The position numbers and the translations under genes were made by a program. Of a stretch of 59,770 nucleotides of DNA, positions 19,523 to 29,532 are shown piece by piece; position 1 is the first letter of the stretch, and each line of letters starts with the position of its first letter. The stretch is taken from NCBI GenBank assembly GCA_041748975.1, contig JBGTCF010000146.1, positions 1 through 59,770 on the forward strand, given 5' to 3'. This stretch comes from Pyrinomonadaceae bacterium. GTDB lineage: Bacteria; Acidobacteriota; Blastocatellia; Pyrinomonadales; Pyrinomonadaceae. The notes beneath the pieces are model-generated. The model did no database searches. It saw nothing but the letters and a program-made list of their open reading frames with translations, and had not been told where the DNA came from.

Positions 19523-20080
19523 TTACGCACGTATGTCCCGCTCTTTCCATTCGCTTCGGAGCACTGAATATACCCCCCAGTCGCAGAATCTGCCGTTAAG
19601 GTATTCGACCTCGCGTCGGACGCCTTCAAACGTAAAGCCCAGTCTTTCGGCGACCGCACGGCTCCGGCTATTATCGATATTGCAATTGATCTGAACGCGA
19701 TTAAGCCCGATCTCAGAAAAAAGATATTCGATCAAAACACGCGTGCTCCGGGTAACGATCCCTTTTCCTTCGTGACGATGGTCGACCCAGTACCCGATTG
19801 CTGCGTGTTTATTAGTGATATCGAGATGATGATAACCAAGCGTGCCGATGATTTCACCATCTAGCAATAAAATTGCATTGAAACTTCCATCCTTCGCACG
19901 CGATTCCGCAGTCCGCTGGATCCATTCCGCCGCATGCTTTACCGAAAAATCATCCACGGCCCACGGCATCCATTGCTGCAGACGCGAAAGGTTTTCGCGA
20001 ATCAAACTGTTAACCGCTTCCGCATGATGCAGCTCAGGCAACTCGATCCTGAGGTTTTCATCGATCTCAAGGCTAAACAT
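19523..20080 (-). CDS. GNAT family N-acetyltransferase (RimJ/RimL-like)
   Basis: 185 aa with ..HRHEGKGIVTRSTRVLIEYLF..LNRVQINCNIDNSRSRAVAERLGF. Confidence 0.75.
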   Translation of the reverse strand: MFSLEIDENLRIELPELHHAEAVNSLIRENLSRLQQWMPWAVDDFSVKHAAEWIQRTAESRAKDGSFNAILLLDGEIIGTLGYHHLDITNKHAAIGYWVDHRHEGKGIVTRSTRVLIEYLFSEIGLNRVQINCNIDNSRSRAVAERLGFTFEGVRREVEYLNGRFCDWGVYSVLRSEWKERDIRA

Positions 20081-20167
20081 CGACGGTTAGTGTAACAGTT
20101 CTAGTCGTTTTGATATGTACCGCTTCCCCGTGTTAGCATGCGCCGGGCTGTTCCGTGCTGTTCGCGG

Positions 20168-20716
20168 TTACTTTTTAGAAAGACGAGCAATAGCGTTTGT
20201 CAGATAATCAAGTTCTGGCGAATTGCCATCTTTTCTGATCAAGCCGCCTATTATTTTTGTGTCTATGTTGCCTTGCCTGTCAATAACAATGTGAGTGGGC
20301 ATCGCCAGATTTCCCGTTCCGTCTCCATAAGTCCCGAGAATCAAGTCAGCAGAATTCGCCACAATGTGGTACTTAAAGGGGTGTTCCTTCAGAAAAGTCG
20401 TCAGAACACGTGCTTCGTCCAATGTCGGTGCAATAAATACGACATCCTCGTGTTTGAATTTTTCAACCAACTCGTTAAGTTTCGGTATTTCCGTTAAGCA
20501 AGGCGGACAGCCAGTAAACCAAAAGTTAAGAACGACAATCTTTCCGCGCAAAGACGCAAGTTCGAACTTTTTACCGTCTAGAGACGTCAAGTTAAATGCC
20601 GGCGCAGGAGATTTGGTTTGAGGCGTAAATCTGACTGGCTCGCTTTTCGTCGGTACCGGTCTTATTGTCTTTTCAGTCTGAGCACCTATCGTGAGCGTCA
20701 TCGCAAGCGATGCCAA
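20168..20716 (-). CDS. TlpA-like thiol:disulfide oxidoreductase (redoxin); its 5' signal-peptide segment is out of frame
   Basis: FWFTGCPPCLTEIP CxxC motif. An ATG at 20747 opens a signal peptide homologous to that of the next gene, but a run of 7 T (20733..20739) shifts the frame. Confidence 0.7.
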   Translation of the reverse strand: MASLAMTLTIGAQTEKTIRPVPTKSEPVRFTPQTKSPAPAFNLTSLDGKKFELASLRGKIVVLNFWFTGCPPCLTEIPKLNELVEKFKHEDVVFIAPTLDEARVLTTFLKEHPFKYHIVANSADLILGTYGDGTGNLAMPTHIVIDRQGNIDTKIIGGLIRKDGNSPELDYLTNAIARLSKK

Positions 20717-20768
20717 AATGCCGATTACGCAATTTTTTTATTTTCATATTAGTGTTTTCAAAAATCTG
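20671..20768 (-). repeat. Shared 5' leader/signal-peptide module, copy A
   Basis: Homologous to 22161..22258. 20705..20754 is near-identical to 22195..22243 apart from the T7 versus T6 run. Confidence 0.85.
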
Positions 20769-20886
20769 TCCATCTCGCCATGAACTATCAGGATCGGCGA
20801 GGTGATCTTTTTAGCGGAAAAAAAGGACACAAACTAATTAAAATCGCCGGCCTCACGTCCGTTGAATCGTTGTGCCGCGGCCTCAT

Positions 20887-22236
20887 TTAATCTGGCACGT
20901 TTAACAAATAGCCCTGTTTGAACCGAAGTTTGATGTTTTTCATTTGCTCGAAATTTACCAAAGGATTTCCCTCAAGAACCAAAAAACTCGCTTCGTAGCC
21001 TTCTTTCAAAAAACCGATTTTGCGTTTCGGATACATCATTTGTGGAGTCGTAACGGTTGCTGTGTGCAAAGTAAAAGACGCATCAAAGATATTATTTTTA
21101 ACCCAGTAATTTATCTCCGGCATTAAAGAATCGCGATCCGAGCCGATGGCGAATACAAAACCCGCGTTCGTCAGGGTTCCAATCGTCTTTTTATGAAATT
21201 CTACCGTTTCATTAAATCGAACTGCGTCGAATCTTGGTTGATAATTGTTGCTCGCATCTCGGACGATCGCAAAATCCTCATTGAGCGAGAGTGTCGGAAT
21301 GAGAACGATGTTTCTTTGACGAATCGTTTTTAGCTCTTGTTTGGTAAAGGTAGGCTGCTCCGGTTCTGTGCGCGAAAAGAAATAATTGTAGTGCGGCAGA
21401 TGAGCAAACATATCGGCCCCGATTCTCAAACCGACTTTCAAATCGTCAAAAGTCTCGATGTGCGCCGCAACTCTCAACCCGCTATTGTGAGCCTTTTTTG
21501 TCACGTAAGCCGCTACTTCTTCTGAAATGCTTTTTTGAGCCGAACTGTTATTTTTTACGTCAAACAAATAAATTTTAACGATGTCCGGCCGAGAAGCTAT
21601 ATAGGCGTCCCAATTTTTATCAACGTCTTCGACAGTATCGAAAAACCAGTAGGCCTCTCTCTCGGCTTTCCGGCTGGCTTGAATAATTTTCGTATTTTCC
21701 GGCAACCACCACTCGGCGATGCCCGACGCGCCTCTTTCGTAAGCGAACGCCGGATGCTGTCCCGTTCGAGTAATGCCACCGTTCGCGTATAAAACATCTA
21801 GTGTTTCGGGCGTACTGAAAAGATTGCGGTTAGCGACGACATTTCTCGCGTAATTACCCAAAACCATCACGTACATCGTGCCTTCCTTGATGAACTGCCG
21901 CCGTTGTCCGTCTAATTCAGACGGGATATCAAGTTTGTGGCTGTGAGCTTCAGCAAACGGCGGAATAACGTAGGCATTTCCAAGGTCAATCACCTCATCA
22001 ACCCGCAATGGTTTTTTGCGTGATAAAAGACCATTAACCGAATAAAGGGTCTTACTACGGAAACTCTTCCCATCAAACCACTGACCGTTTGTAAATTGAT
22101 ATGATCTCGGTTTTGGCAGAGATGTTTGAGCGTAGGCTTCTTTGAATAAAGTCGGCGCCCTTTCAGTCTGAGCATGGACAAGGGTTGCTATCGTAAGCGA
22201 TGCCAAAATGCCGATTACGCAATTTTTTATTTTCAT
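20887..22236 (-). CDS. Secreted amidohydrolase-family metal-dependent hydrolase
   Basis: HxH motif (AEAHSH). Signal peptide MKIKNCVIGILASLTIATLVHAQ from the ATG at 22236; the ORF track extends to 22254. Confidence 0.65.
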   Translation of the reverse strand: MKIKNCVIGILASLTIATLVHAQTERAPTLFKEAYAQTSLPKPRSYQFTNGQWFDGKSFRSKTLYSVNGLLSRKKPLRVDEVIDLGNAYVIPPFAEAHSHKLDIPSELDGQRRQFIKEGTMYVMVLGNYARNVVANRNLFSTPETLDVLYANGGITRTGQHPAFAYERGASGIAEWWLPENTKIIQASRKAEREAYWFFDTVEDVDKNWDAYIASRPDIVKIYLFDVKNNSSAQKSISEEVAAYVTKKAHNSGLRVAAHIETFDDLKVGLRIGADMFAHLPHYNYFFSRTEPEQPTFTKQELKTIRQRNIVLIPTLSLNEDFAIVRDASNNYQPRFDAVRFNETVEFHKKTIGTLTNAGFVFAIGSDRDSLMPEINYWVKNNIFDASFTLHTATVTTPQMMYPKRKIGFLKEGYEASFLVLEGNPLVNFEQMKNIKLRFKQGYLLNVPD

Positions 22237-22258
22237 ATTAGTTGCCGCTTTCAAAAAT
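22161..22258 (-). repeat. Shared 5' leader/signal-peptide module, copy B
   Basis: See 20671..20768. Confidence 0.85.
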
Positions 22259-22558
22259 GTAGCTCACAAATCAAAACACCGCACAAGCAAGGTTTGTGAC
22301 AATATTTCTGGACGGCATAGAAAAAACCCCGGTCCGGGAAAAACTCTTCGTTGAATGAACTTTGACGCTCACGTCCACGAGTGTGCAAATCCGGAATATC
22401 TGCTCAGTCCTCGTTGGTCCGGAACAATTTGCTATGGGCAGCTACTATCCCTTTCCCGCTCGGCGAGGCGGAGCCTGGAAAGCTGATCGAATCGATGAAT
22501 ATTGACGACTATGGCAAGGAGATGTTATTCGGTGGCACGGCGTTGAAATGGCTCGACC

Positions 22559-23470
22559 TCACGGAGCGGCGTTTCGGTTAGCTCGCATTGCACGGTATCG
22601 TTCGTGTCGTGCTTCTAGTTCCTTCTGCTCCTGCCGACGAATTTTGTCATTTTTCTCCTTTTCTGCGATGCCTAACGCGAGTGTATCGGGCTTCAAAACG
22701 CTGTCCTTGAAATTTGGATCAGCTGTAGCTGCGACTATTTCCATCCATTTGCCACGGTACCAGACGTATGCATTCTGCACAGACTTTCTGCCTTCGGCTC
22801 GAAGCTCTCCGCAGGAGTTTCTGCCGGTGGCCTTCTTGACGAAAAAGTCTCCCTCGAATTCAACCTTGAGTGTGACGTTTTCACCTTCCTTCAGATACCA
22901 ATAATCGCTGGCCACCATATTCTCGACCTTGCCCCCGCATCTCCCACGGGTCGGCAATGCATTGAAATACTTGTTAGGGACGCTGTGTGCGGTTGGGCGT
23001 CCGGTATATCCATCGATAGACGTGTGACCTCGGCTAGATATTTCAGCGCCGCCTTCCGAAGTCGTAATAAAGTCTCCGAGGCTTCCTTCCACTTGTGGTT
23101 TGAATTCGTTCGTGAGCCTTATTAGGTCGGGATGCCTGACTTGCCAGTACGCCGCATCCTGATCATAAGCGTATCGAATCCGTTGCGTCAGCGTGGCAGG
23201 GGTCGGTGCATTAACATTGGTCGTAGCTATCTCCTTATTAGGCATAGCGAAGACGAACTTGTAAACCGCGAAAACTCCACCGACCGACAAGAACAAAACG
23301 ATCGCAATGACGGCGGGTGACACATAGTCCTTTGGCAGCGGAATATTCATACGAGCGGGCGTAGCTACCGAGACGGCGGTTTTCATGCTCTTCTTGCAAC
23401 GAAGGCAGACATCGACCGTCGACCAGTTAGCCAATCGGCAGTGTGGACAATTTAGTTTGCTCAGTGGCAT
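22559..23470 (-). CDS. Hypothetical membrane-anchored protein with N-terminal zinc ribbon
   Basis: CPHC...CLRC pair, one TM segment (AVIAIVLFLSVGGVFAVY) and a charged C-terminal helix. Confidence 0.5.
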   Translation of the reverse strand: MPLSKLNCPHCRLANWSTVDVCLRCKKSMKTAVSVATPARMNIPLPKDYVSPAVIAIVLFLSVGGVFAVYKFVFAMPNKEIATTNVNAPTPATLTQRIRYAYDQDAAYWQVRHPDLIRLTNEFKPQVEGSLGDFITTSEGGAEISSRGHTSIDGYTGRPTAHSVPNKYFNALPTRGRCGGKVENMVASDYWYLKEGENVTLKVEFEGDFFVKKATGRNSCGELRAEGRKSVQNAYVWYRGKWMEIVAATADPNFKDSVLKPDTLALGIAEKEKNDKIRRQEQKELEARHERYRAMRANRNAAP

Positions 23471-23537
23471 AAAGAACTTTAGTAAATAGGCTATTCGTTA
23501 GGGAGAAAGATTTAATCGTGTTAGGGCACTGGCCCCG

Positions 23538-23792
23538 CTAAGACAATTCTACAAAAAGTCTTAAACGAAATACAACAAGTTTAATCTCAACAAGCGAAAT
23601 CGATTGGGTCACTGGTACGAACATACACATGCATGTTAAGGCAGACTTTTTGAAAACTCTTGGTTCAATTTCTTCCCCATTGAATTCCTTTGTAAACACG
23701 CAGCTAGTGCCGATGAGGTTACCGTTTTTCTTATGATTCCCTAGCTCCCAAGCAATTAAGGATTGGAATGCACGACCTTTTTTGATTTTCAT
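23538..23792 (-). CDS. Possible small ORF (84 aa) ATGA-coupled to the response regulator
   Basis: Its start overlaps the stop of the LytTR gene (ATGA at 23789..23792). No motif recognised. Confidence 0.25.
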   Translation of the reverse strand: MKIKKGRAFQSLIAWELGNHKKNGNLIGTSCVFTKEFNGEEIEPRVFKKSALTCMCMFVPVTQSISLVEIKLVVFRLRLFVELS

Positions 23793-24505
23793 CTCTTAAA
23801 GAGATTTGGATTTATCCGTTCTAGGAATTGCGCCCGGTAATGTTTGCTAATCGGCAAATGCTTACTTCTCAGTTGCACCTCGTCTTCTTCAATGCTGACG
23901 ATTGCGGTCAACGAAACTAAATATGATTTATGAATGCGGACGAATCGGTCTATTGGCAATTTCTCTTCAATACCTTTCAGAGTTAAATAGGTTACATATC
24001 GTCTATGCTCGGTGTTGATGATCACATAATTCGAAAGTGCTTCAACATACAAAACGTCTGCTAAATTTATCTTTTCCAACTTTTGATCGCATTTAACGAA
24101 AAAGAACTCTGACCCATCGCCTTTTCTTAGGGCCTGATTTCGGAGCTGGTGGAAATCGTTCGCTTTGTTAACGGCCTTCATGAAACGTTCGAAACCGATC
24201 GGCTTGACTAGGTAATCCAGAACGTCGAGTTCAAAGCCTTGTAGAGCGTATTCGGGATAAGCCGTCGTCATCACGGTCATCGGGGGGGATCGCAGGTTCT
24301 TTAGAAAATCTAGTCCTGACATTTTGGGCATTTCAATGTCCAAAAAAAGTAAGTCGATCTTCCAATTGCTCATCATGTTGTTGGCCGCAATCGGGCTTTC
24401 GGCCTCACCGGCGAGAGATAAGAATTCGACATCCTCGATATACTCCCGGAGAACTTTACGGGCCAGCGGTTCATCGTCCACGATCAGGCAGTTCAACTCG
24501 TTCAT
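23789..24505 (-). CDS. LytTR-family response regulator
   Basis: Receiver domain (LIVDDEPLAR...DLLFLDIEMP) plus a C-terminal LytTR DNA-binding domain (..FVRIHKSYLVSL..). Confidence 0.85.
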   Translation of the reverse strand: MNELNCLIVDDEPLARKVLREYIEDVEFLSLAGEAESPIAANNMMSNWKIDLLFLDIEMPKMSGLDFLKNLRSPPMTVMTTAYPEYALQGFELDVLDYLVKPIGFERFMKAVNKANDFHQLRNQALRKGDGSEFFFVKCDQKLEKINLADVLYVEALSNYVIINTEHRRYVTYLTLKGIEEKLPIDRFVRIHKSYLVSLTAIVSIEEDEVQLRSKHLPISKHYRAQFLERINPNLFKR

Positions 24506-25542
24506 AATTGGATTGATTCGATTGTTAACTCGATGCGAAATAGGCTCTCATCCTCAAAGCGGTCGAGTTTGTATTTGCCCGGATAAATCAGTTCCAGACG
24601 TCGCTGGACATTACTAAGGCCGATGCCGCCCGATCCAAACCCGTTCTTCAGGTAAAGATCGGTATTTCGGCCGCCGTCTCGCGTGTTCAGACACCGGAAG
24701 AAAACCGAATCCTGCCGCCCGTCGAGTTCGATCGAAAGATAATTCTCCTTTCGCTCGTGGCTGCTCACGAACTTGAAAGCGTTCTCGACAAAGGGAACAA
24801 GTAAAAGCGGAGCGATCTTATACCCAGACAACCGGCCACCGAGCTTTAAATCAATCTTTACTTTCTCGCTCTTGCGTTCGCGGTGCAGCCGAACAAACGT
24901 TTGCAAATGTTCAATCTCCTTTTCAACATCGATGAAATCAACATTGCATTCATATAACTGGTAACGCAACAAGTCCGAAAACTGAATCAGCAAATTGCGG
25001 GCTTCGACGTTATTTTTGTCAATTCGCCCGTAAATCGAGTTGAGGGAATTAAATAAAAAGTGTGGATTGATCTGTGCCTTTAAGGAGTCGAGTTCGGCTC
25101 TAGTCTTTTCCTTTTCCAGTTCGTTCATCTGCGCTTGCAGAGTGTACCAATCGAACAGCAGTTTCGTCGCAATGCTCATCGCGGTGAAAGCAGTGATGAC
25201 AAAGAAATTGCCGTAAACCAAGTTCTCCCAATTCCAAAACAATTCAGTCAGAAGGCTGTTAGTGAAAGGTTGGATAATGCTCCAACTAACGAAAAGAGTA
25301 ATCGTACCGTTGAGAAGTCCGCAGATCAGGATCGAGACAGCAAATAATTTATATTTTTGGTCCTTAAAGTAGACGGGAATCGCCCGGTAGTGAATAAAGG
25401 TCTCCGTGATAAGAATAAACAACAAGACATTAACCAAGGATGACGGGACGTTCACCCACATATTTGGGAGTGCCCAGCGGTAGAAGACGACGAGAAACAG
25501 GAAACAAACCAACCAGTATGCAATTTTGATCGTTCTATACAT
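24502..25542 (-). CDS. LytS-type sensor histidine kinase
   Basis: Multiple N-terminal TM helices, His_kinase motif LKAQINPHFLFNSLNSI and an ATPase region. 4-nt overlap with the regulator. Confidence 0.85.
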   Translation of the reverse strand: MYRTIKIAYWLVCFLFLVVFYRWALPNMWVNVPSSLVNVLLFILITETFIHYRAIPVYFKDQKYKLFAVSILICGLLNGTITLFVSWSIIQPFTNSLLTELFWNWENLVYGNFFVITAFTAMSIATKLLFDWYTLQAQMNELEKEKTRAELDSLKAQINPHFLFNSLNSIYGRIDKNNVEARNLLIQFSDLLRYQLYECNVDFIDVEKEIEHLQTFVRLHRERKSEKVKIDLKLGGRLSGYKIAPLLLVPFVENAFKFVSSHERKENYLSIELDGRQDSVFFRCLNTRDGGRNTDLYLKNGFGSGGIGLSNVQRRLELIYPGKYKLDRFEDESLFRIELTIESIQL

Positions 25543-25687
25543 TAAGAAACAATCTTATCCTAGAACATTGTTTCATCCTCAAAATTTACGTCAAACGTCA
25601 TGGTTTCTTGACATTGCGAACATTTGGTCAAGAAAACTTGCTGGATCGCGTAATTAGTATTCGATTAGCCACGAATACTTATAAGCT

Positions 25688-27652
25688 TTGAATTGGGCAA
25701 AACCCCCAATTGGACCCTGGAGATTAGAAGTGAAAACTGCGTCTATAATTTTAATAATCAATATATTTTTTCTGTTTCTGAATGCTGAGACCTGTCAGAC
25801 CAAGACATCAACCGAGAGCCCCGCGGGCGTCGGGGAACAAAATTCGGATTCGCCGCGACAAAATGGCGGTCCTCCTTCTTGCGCTTGCTGCGTCTTTGAC
25901 GAAGCCCCGCCGGATTTGTGGCGACGGGCGAAAATCGCTCCCGACGCAGAAACTGGCCAACGCCTGACGATCAGGGGTGTTGTTTATGAATCAGACGGCG
26001 TAACTCCCGCCAGAGACGTTTCGATGTATTTCTACCAAACGGATGCAAAAGGCATTTATGCCAGACGCGGCGATGAAAACCAAGGCGGTTTCGCTAGATG
26101 GCACGGATCGATTCGGGGCTGGCTCAAGACAGGCGAGCGTGGCGAATACGAGATTGACACGATTAGGCCCGCTCCTTACTCGACGCGAACCGAACCGGCG
26201 CGAATTCATGTAGTTCTCAAAGCTCCCTCGCAAAAGAACTGTTATAGCATTCCCGATTTCGTTTTCAAGGATGACCCTCTCCTGAAAAAGAATTTTTTCG
26301 CCCAGAACGCTGCGTACTACGAAGACCTTGGCGTTACGACGGACAAAGATTACGCGGGCTTGGAACTGAAAAAGGGGCGCGATATTGCTTGGTTGGGGAC
26401 CCGCGACATCAGGCTACACAAAGAGTACGATCTGCCCAAAATGAGATCCGGTCGAGCTATCGGGGAAAGTAGCCCCGCTTTCGATCCTCAGCATGTTTGG
26501 GGACCGGACAAAGGCAGTCGGGCCTGTCCGATGTGCGTTTATGGTAATCGCCAGGGCGTTTTGTTTTGGCTCAATTCCGACTCAGATTGGGTAAATGCGA
26601 AAAAACTGGCCAAATTTTTGGACGAAGAAAGCGACCGGCGTGGTGCGGCAAAATTTAAACCCTATTTAATTTATACGAATCCGCAAGGTAAACCGATTGC
26701 CGAGGTTGAAGAAACGCTTATTTCGTTCGCCAAAGAACTAAATTTGAAGAACATTGCCGTTACTTATGTTCCATCGCCGACGGATTCTAAGACTGCGGGA
26801 CTGAACGAGATCAACCCTTCACTCAAGAACACGCTTATTCTATATAAAAAACGGAAAGTATTCGATAAGTTTGTCGAGTTTGAGGCGAGTGAAAACAATT
26901 TAAAATTGTTGGCCAATGCGGTGAACCGAGCTGAGAGCACCGTCCCCCTCGAAATTATACGCAAAATTCATTTAGTACCGATCCAATATACGTGGGACAT
27001 GATTCTAATCAAATCGACGATAAACGGCGTGGAACGAAAGGCGTTAATTGACACAGGATCGCCTGTGCCCGTGCAAATTTCCTCAGCTCTCGCCGCCAGC
27101 CTCAATTCAAGCGAAAAGACAAACAGACGTATTCAGAACCTAGTTCTCGGCGAATACGAACGCAGAAACGTTAGGTTCGAAATTTCAGAAAACCGAGTCC
27201 GTGAAGTTTCAAAAACTCTTGGCATACCGGTTGACGCAATTTTCGGTTGGGAGTTTCTCTCGCAAAACCACTTTGCCGTGGACTACAAAAATCAGACGAT
27301 TCGCATCAGTGAGGCCTCTATTGATTTGGGTAAAGCCAAAATGCAGTTTAATTTCTCGACAGTTAATAAAATTCCAGTTGTGGAAGGGCTTTTCGGACAA
27401 GAACAGGCCAAACTACTCGTCGACACAAGTTCGCCGGTTTCTAAGCTCGATGCGCATTTTGGCGGCTCGTACACCGAGAAAAGCGTCACGCGGGAAGTCA
27501 ATATTGAAGGCTATAAAATACCAACTCTTTGGCAAATGGGTGACTCGGATGACAAGAGAGCTTCCGGTTTTGATGCGGTGGTCGGAAATAATTTGCTCAG
27601 CAATCATATCGTTTATTTCGACACGAAGAACAACCTGCTTTATTTTTATTGA
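25688..27652 (+). CDS. Secreted dioxygenase-like + Trx-like CPxC + tandem retropepsin-like aspartic protease fusion
   Basis: The first ~430 aa are paralogous to 8865..10187 (IRGVVYESDGVTPARDVSMYFYQTDAKGIY, ACPMCVYGN). The C-terminal ~220 aa carry two DTG/DTS motifs (ALIDTGSPV, LLVDTSSPV). The start may be the GTG at 25730. Confidence 0.6.
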   Translation: MNWAKPPIGPWRLEVKTASIILIINIFFLFLNAETCQTKTSTESPAGVGEQNSDSPRQNGGPPSCACCVFDEAPPDLWRRAKIAPDAETGQRLTIRGVVYESDGVTPARDVSMYFYQTDAKGIYARRGDENQGGFARWHGSIRGWLKTGERGEYEIDTIRPAPYSTRTEPARIHVVLKAPSQKNCYSIPDFVFKDDPLLKKNFFAQNAAYYEDLGVTTDKDYAGLELKKGRDIAWLGTRDIRLHKEYDLPKMRSGRAIGESSPAFDPQHVWGPDKGSRACPMCVYGNRQGVLFWLNSDSDWVNAKKLAKFLDEESDRRGAAKFKPYLIYTNPQGKPIAEVEETLISFAKELNLKNIAVTYVPSPTDSKTAGLNEINPSLKNTLILYKKRKVFDKFVEFEASENNLKLLANAVNRAESTVPLEIIRKIHLVPIQYTWDMILIKSTINGVERKALIDTGSPVPVQISSALAASLNSSEKTNRRIQNLVLGEYERRNVRFEISENRVREVSKTLGIPVDAIFGWEFLSQNHFAVDYKNQTIRISEASIDLGKAKMQFNFSTVNKIPVVEGLFGQEQAKLLVDTSSPVSKLDAHFGGSYTEKSVTREVNIEGYKIPTLWQMGDSDDKRASGFDAVVGNNLLSNHIVYFDTKNNLLYFY

Positions 27653-27801
27653 TTGTGAAATTCGGGAACAAAGGAAGGGATATGTCTGAGATAAAAGATC
27701 TGGGATTGACTGCTGTCACGATTTGTCACGAATTCTGGATTAGTGGTGTTCTATCTTTAGGAATCTGATTTCGCTTATTACATATAGGAGACGAACATTT
27801 T

Positions 27802-28644
27802 ATGTGCATCGGGGATGATTGTAATTACGACGTCATTGATCGAAGGTCCTTTTTGATCGGTGCGACGGCTAGTCTTGCAGGTCTCGCCGCACTGCAAGGG
27901 CAAGGGGTGGATGCGCAAACCAAACAGCCGGAGACGCGGGTCCTGGATGACCCTGGATATCAGTCGGGTAAAGTGACCTTCAAACATAACGGCGTTGATA
28001 CGATCGACGGCTATTTGGCTCGTCCGAAGGGTAGCGGCGTTTATCCCGCGGTAATTGTTATTGCCGGGAATGTGATTACCGAAGAATACATCCCGAACAC
28101 TTGCGCGGCATTAGCACTCGGCGGCTTTGTCGGGCTTGCTCCAAACATTTTCCACACATTGCCGGAATCAGCTAAGACGCCAGAGGAACGCCTCAAAGCT
28201 CTCGCGGACCATACCGACGACGATGTTCTGCTTGATATCCAGGCCGGAGTCGATTATCTGCGAACACAAACATTTGTCAAGGAAGGAGGAATTGGAAGCC
28301 TTGGATTTTGTTACGGCGGAAGGCTTGCAATGCTTCATGGCGCTCGATCACGCGAGGTAGATGCGGTAGTTCCTTTTCATCCGGCGGCCGTTACCGCGAA
28401 AGAAATTAGTAGGCTCAGGTCGCCTGTCCAGGTTCATAGCGGAACCGCCGATCGGGCTGTCCCCGTTAGTCGGATACGTGAGCTTGAGAACATACTAAAG
28501 GCCCAATCGACGCCCAACGAATTGCATTTGTACGAAGGGGCTGACCACGGCTTTCTCGCTTACACTCGCCCGCAATACAATCCGGACGCGGCGAGGCTAT
28601 CCTGGACACGCACCCTGCAGTTCTTGCGCAGGTCTCTAAAGTAA
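27802..28644 (+). CDS. Dienelactone hydrolase family protein with Tat-like signal
   Basis: RRSFLIGATASLAGLAAL twin-arginine signal; alpha/beta hydrolase with nucleophile context GFCYGG and C-terminal ADHGF. Confidence 0.75.
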   Translation: MCIGDDCNYDVIDRRSFLIGATASLAGLAALQGQGVDAQTKQPETRVLDDPGYQSGKVTFKHNGVDTIDGYLARPKGSGVYPAVIVIAGNVITEEYIPNTCAALALGGFVGLAPNIFHTLPESAKTPEERLKALADHTDDDVLLDIQAGVDYLRTQTFVKEGGIGSLGFCYGGRLAMLHGARSREVDAVVPFHPAAVTAKEISRLRSPVQVHSGTADRAVPVSRIRELENILKAQSTPNELHLYEGADHGFLAYTRPQYNPDAARLSWTRTLQFLRRSLK

Positions 28645-28768
28645 CATTTCCGGCCACACACGGCCGGCGCGAATTCAAGATCAGGTTTTGGTTGACAATT
28701 AGAAACTTTTGACACTTTTCTGCGGTTTCGCCGTGCAGTACCGGAGACCGATTCTAAAAGGATGACAA

Positions 28769-29509
28769 ATGGAAACAAAACTTGAAAAAGAAGTCCGCTT
28801 TTTGAAAATTTACGCTCTCACCGCCACGCTTTTATGTGCCGTATTCGTGTTGACGGCGTTTACCTCGCAAACTAGGAACCAGAAGTTTACGGAAATCGAT
28901 GTCGAGCGTATTAACATCGTCGAGAAAGATGGCAAACTCCGAATGGTCATTTCCAATCAGGAACGGCAGCATCCAGGCATTGTTAACGGCAAGGTCATCA
29001 AACGTGACGGGCCGAGAGCGCCAGGGATGATCTTCTTTAATCATCTTGGCGATGAGATGGGCGGGTTGGTGTTCGGCGAGAATGGCGGAAACGGTCATTT
29101 CGGAACGCTGACTTGGGATAAAGTCCGAAACGACCAGACTATCGGGTTCCGACACCTGGAAAGCAACAACGGCACCTATCAATCCGGTTTGGAGATGTGG
29201 CAGCAGCCGAATATTCCGAGCGACGTGATGCTCGCTAAGCGGGAAGACGCCCTAAAAATCAGGGACGAGACTCTGCGCAAAGCTGCCCTTCAGACCCTAA
29301 TAGACAACGACGAAATGACGACGAATCGTCTCTTCCTGGGGAAGCGCCGTGACAACTCAAATGAGTTGTTGATGGCCGACATTAAAGGCAGGCCGCGCAT
29401 CCGGCTTCAAGTCGCGCCGGATGGGACGCCAAAGCTCGAATTCCTTGACGAAGCCGGAAAGGTCGTTTACAAACTGCCGGAAGACGGTAAATCAGACAAA
29501 AAACAATAA
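28769..29509 (+). CDS. Hypothetical membrane-anchored protein (longer paralog of 10335..10757)
   Basis: N-terminal TM segment. C-terminal RIRLQVAPDGTPKLEFLDEAGKVVYKLPED matches the 10335 ORF. Confidence 0.5.
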   Translation: METKLEKEVRFLKIYALTATLLCAVFVLTAFTSQTRNQKFTEIDVERINIVEKDGKLRMVISNQERQHPGIVNGKVIKRDGPRAPGMIFFNHLGDEMGGLVFGENGGNGHFGTLTWDKVRNDQTIGFRHLESNNGTYQSGLEMWQQPNIPSDVMLAKREDALKIRDETLRKAALQTLIDNDEMTTNRLFLGKRRDNSNELLMADIKGRPRIRLQVAPDGTPKLEFLDEAGKVVYKLPEDGKSDKKQ

Positions 29510-29532
29510 TTCCTTCGAGGACACTTAAAAAA

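Noticed and set aside
27201-27689. 162-aa plus-strand ORF
   Set aside because: It is an alternative frame within the aspartic-protease region of 25688..27652. The annotated frame carries the DTG/DTS motifs.
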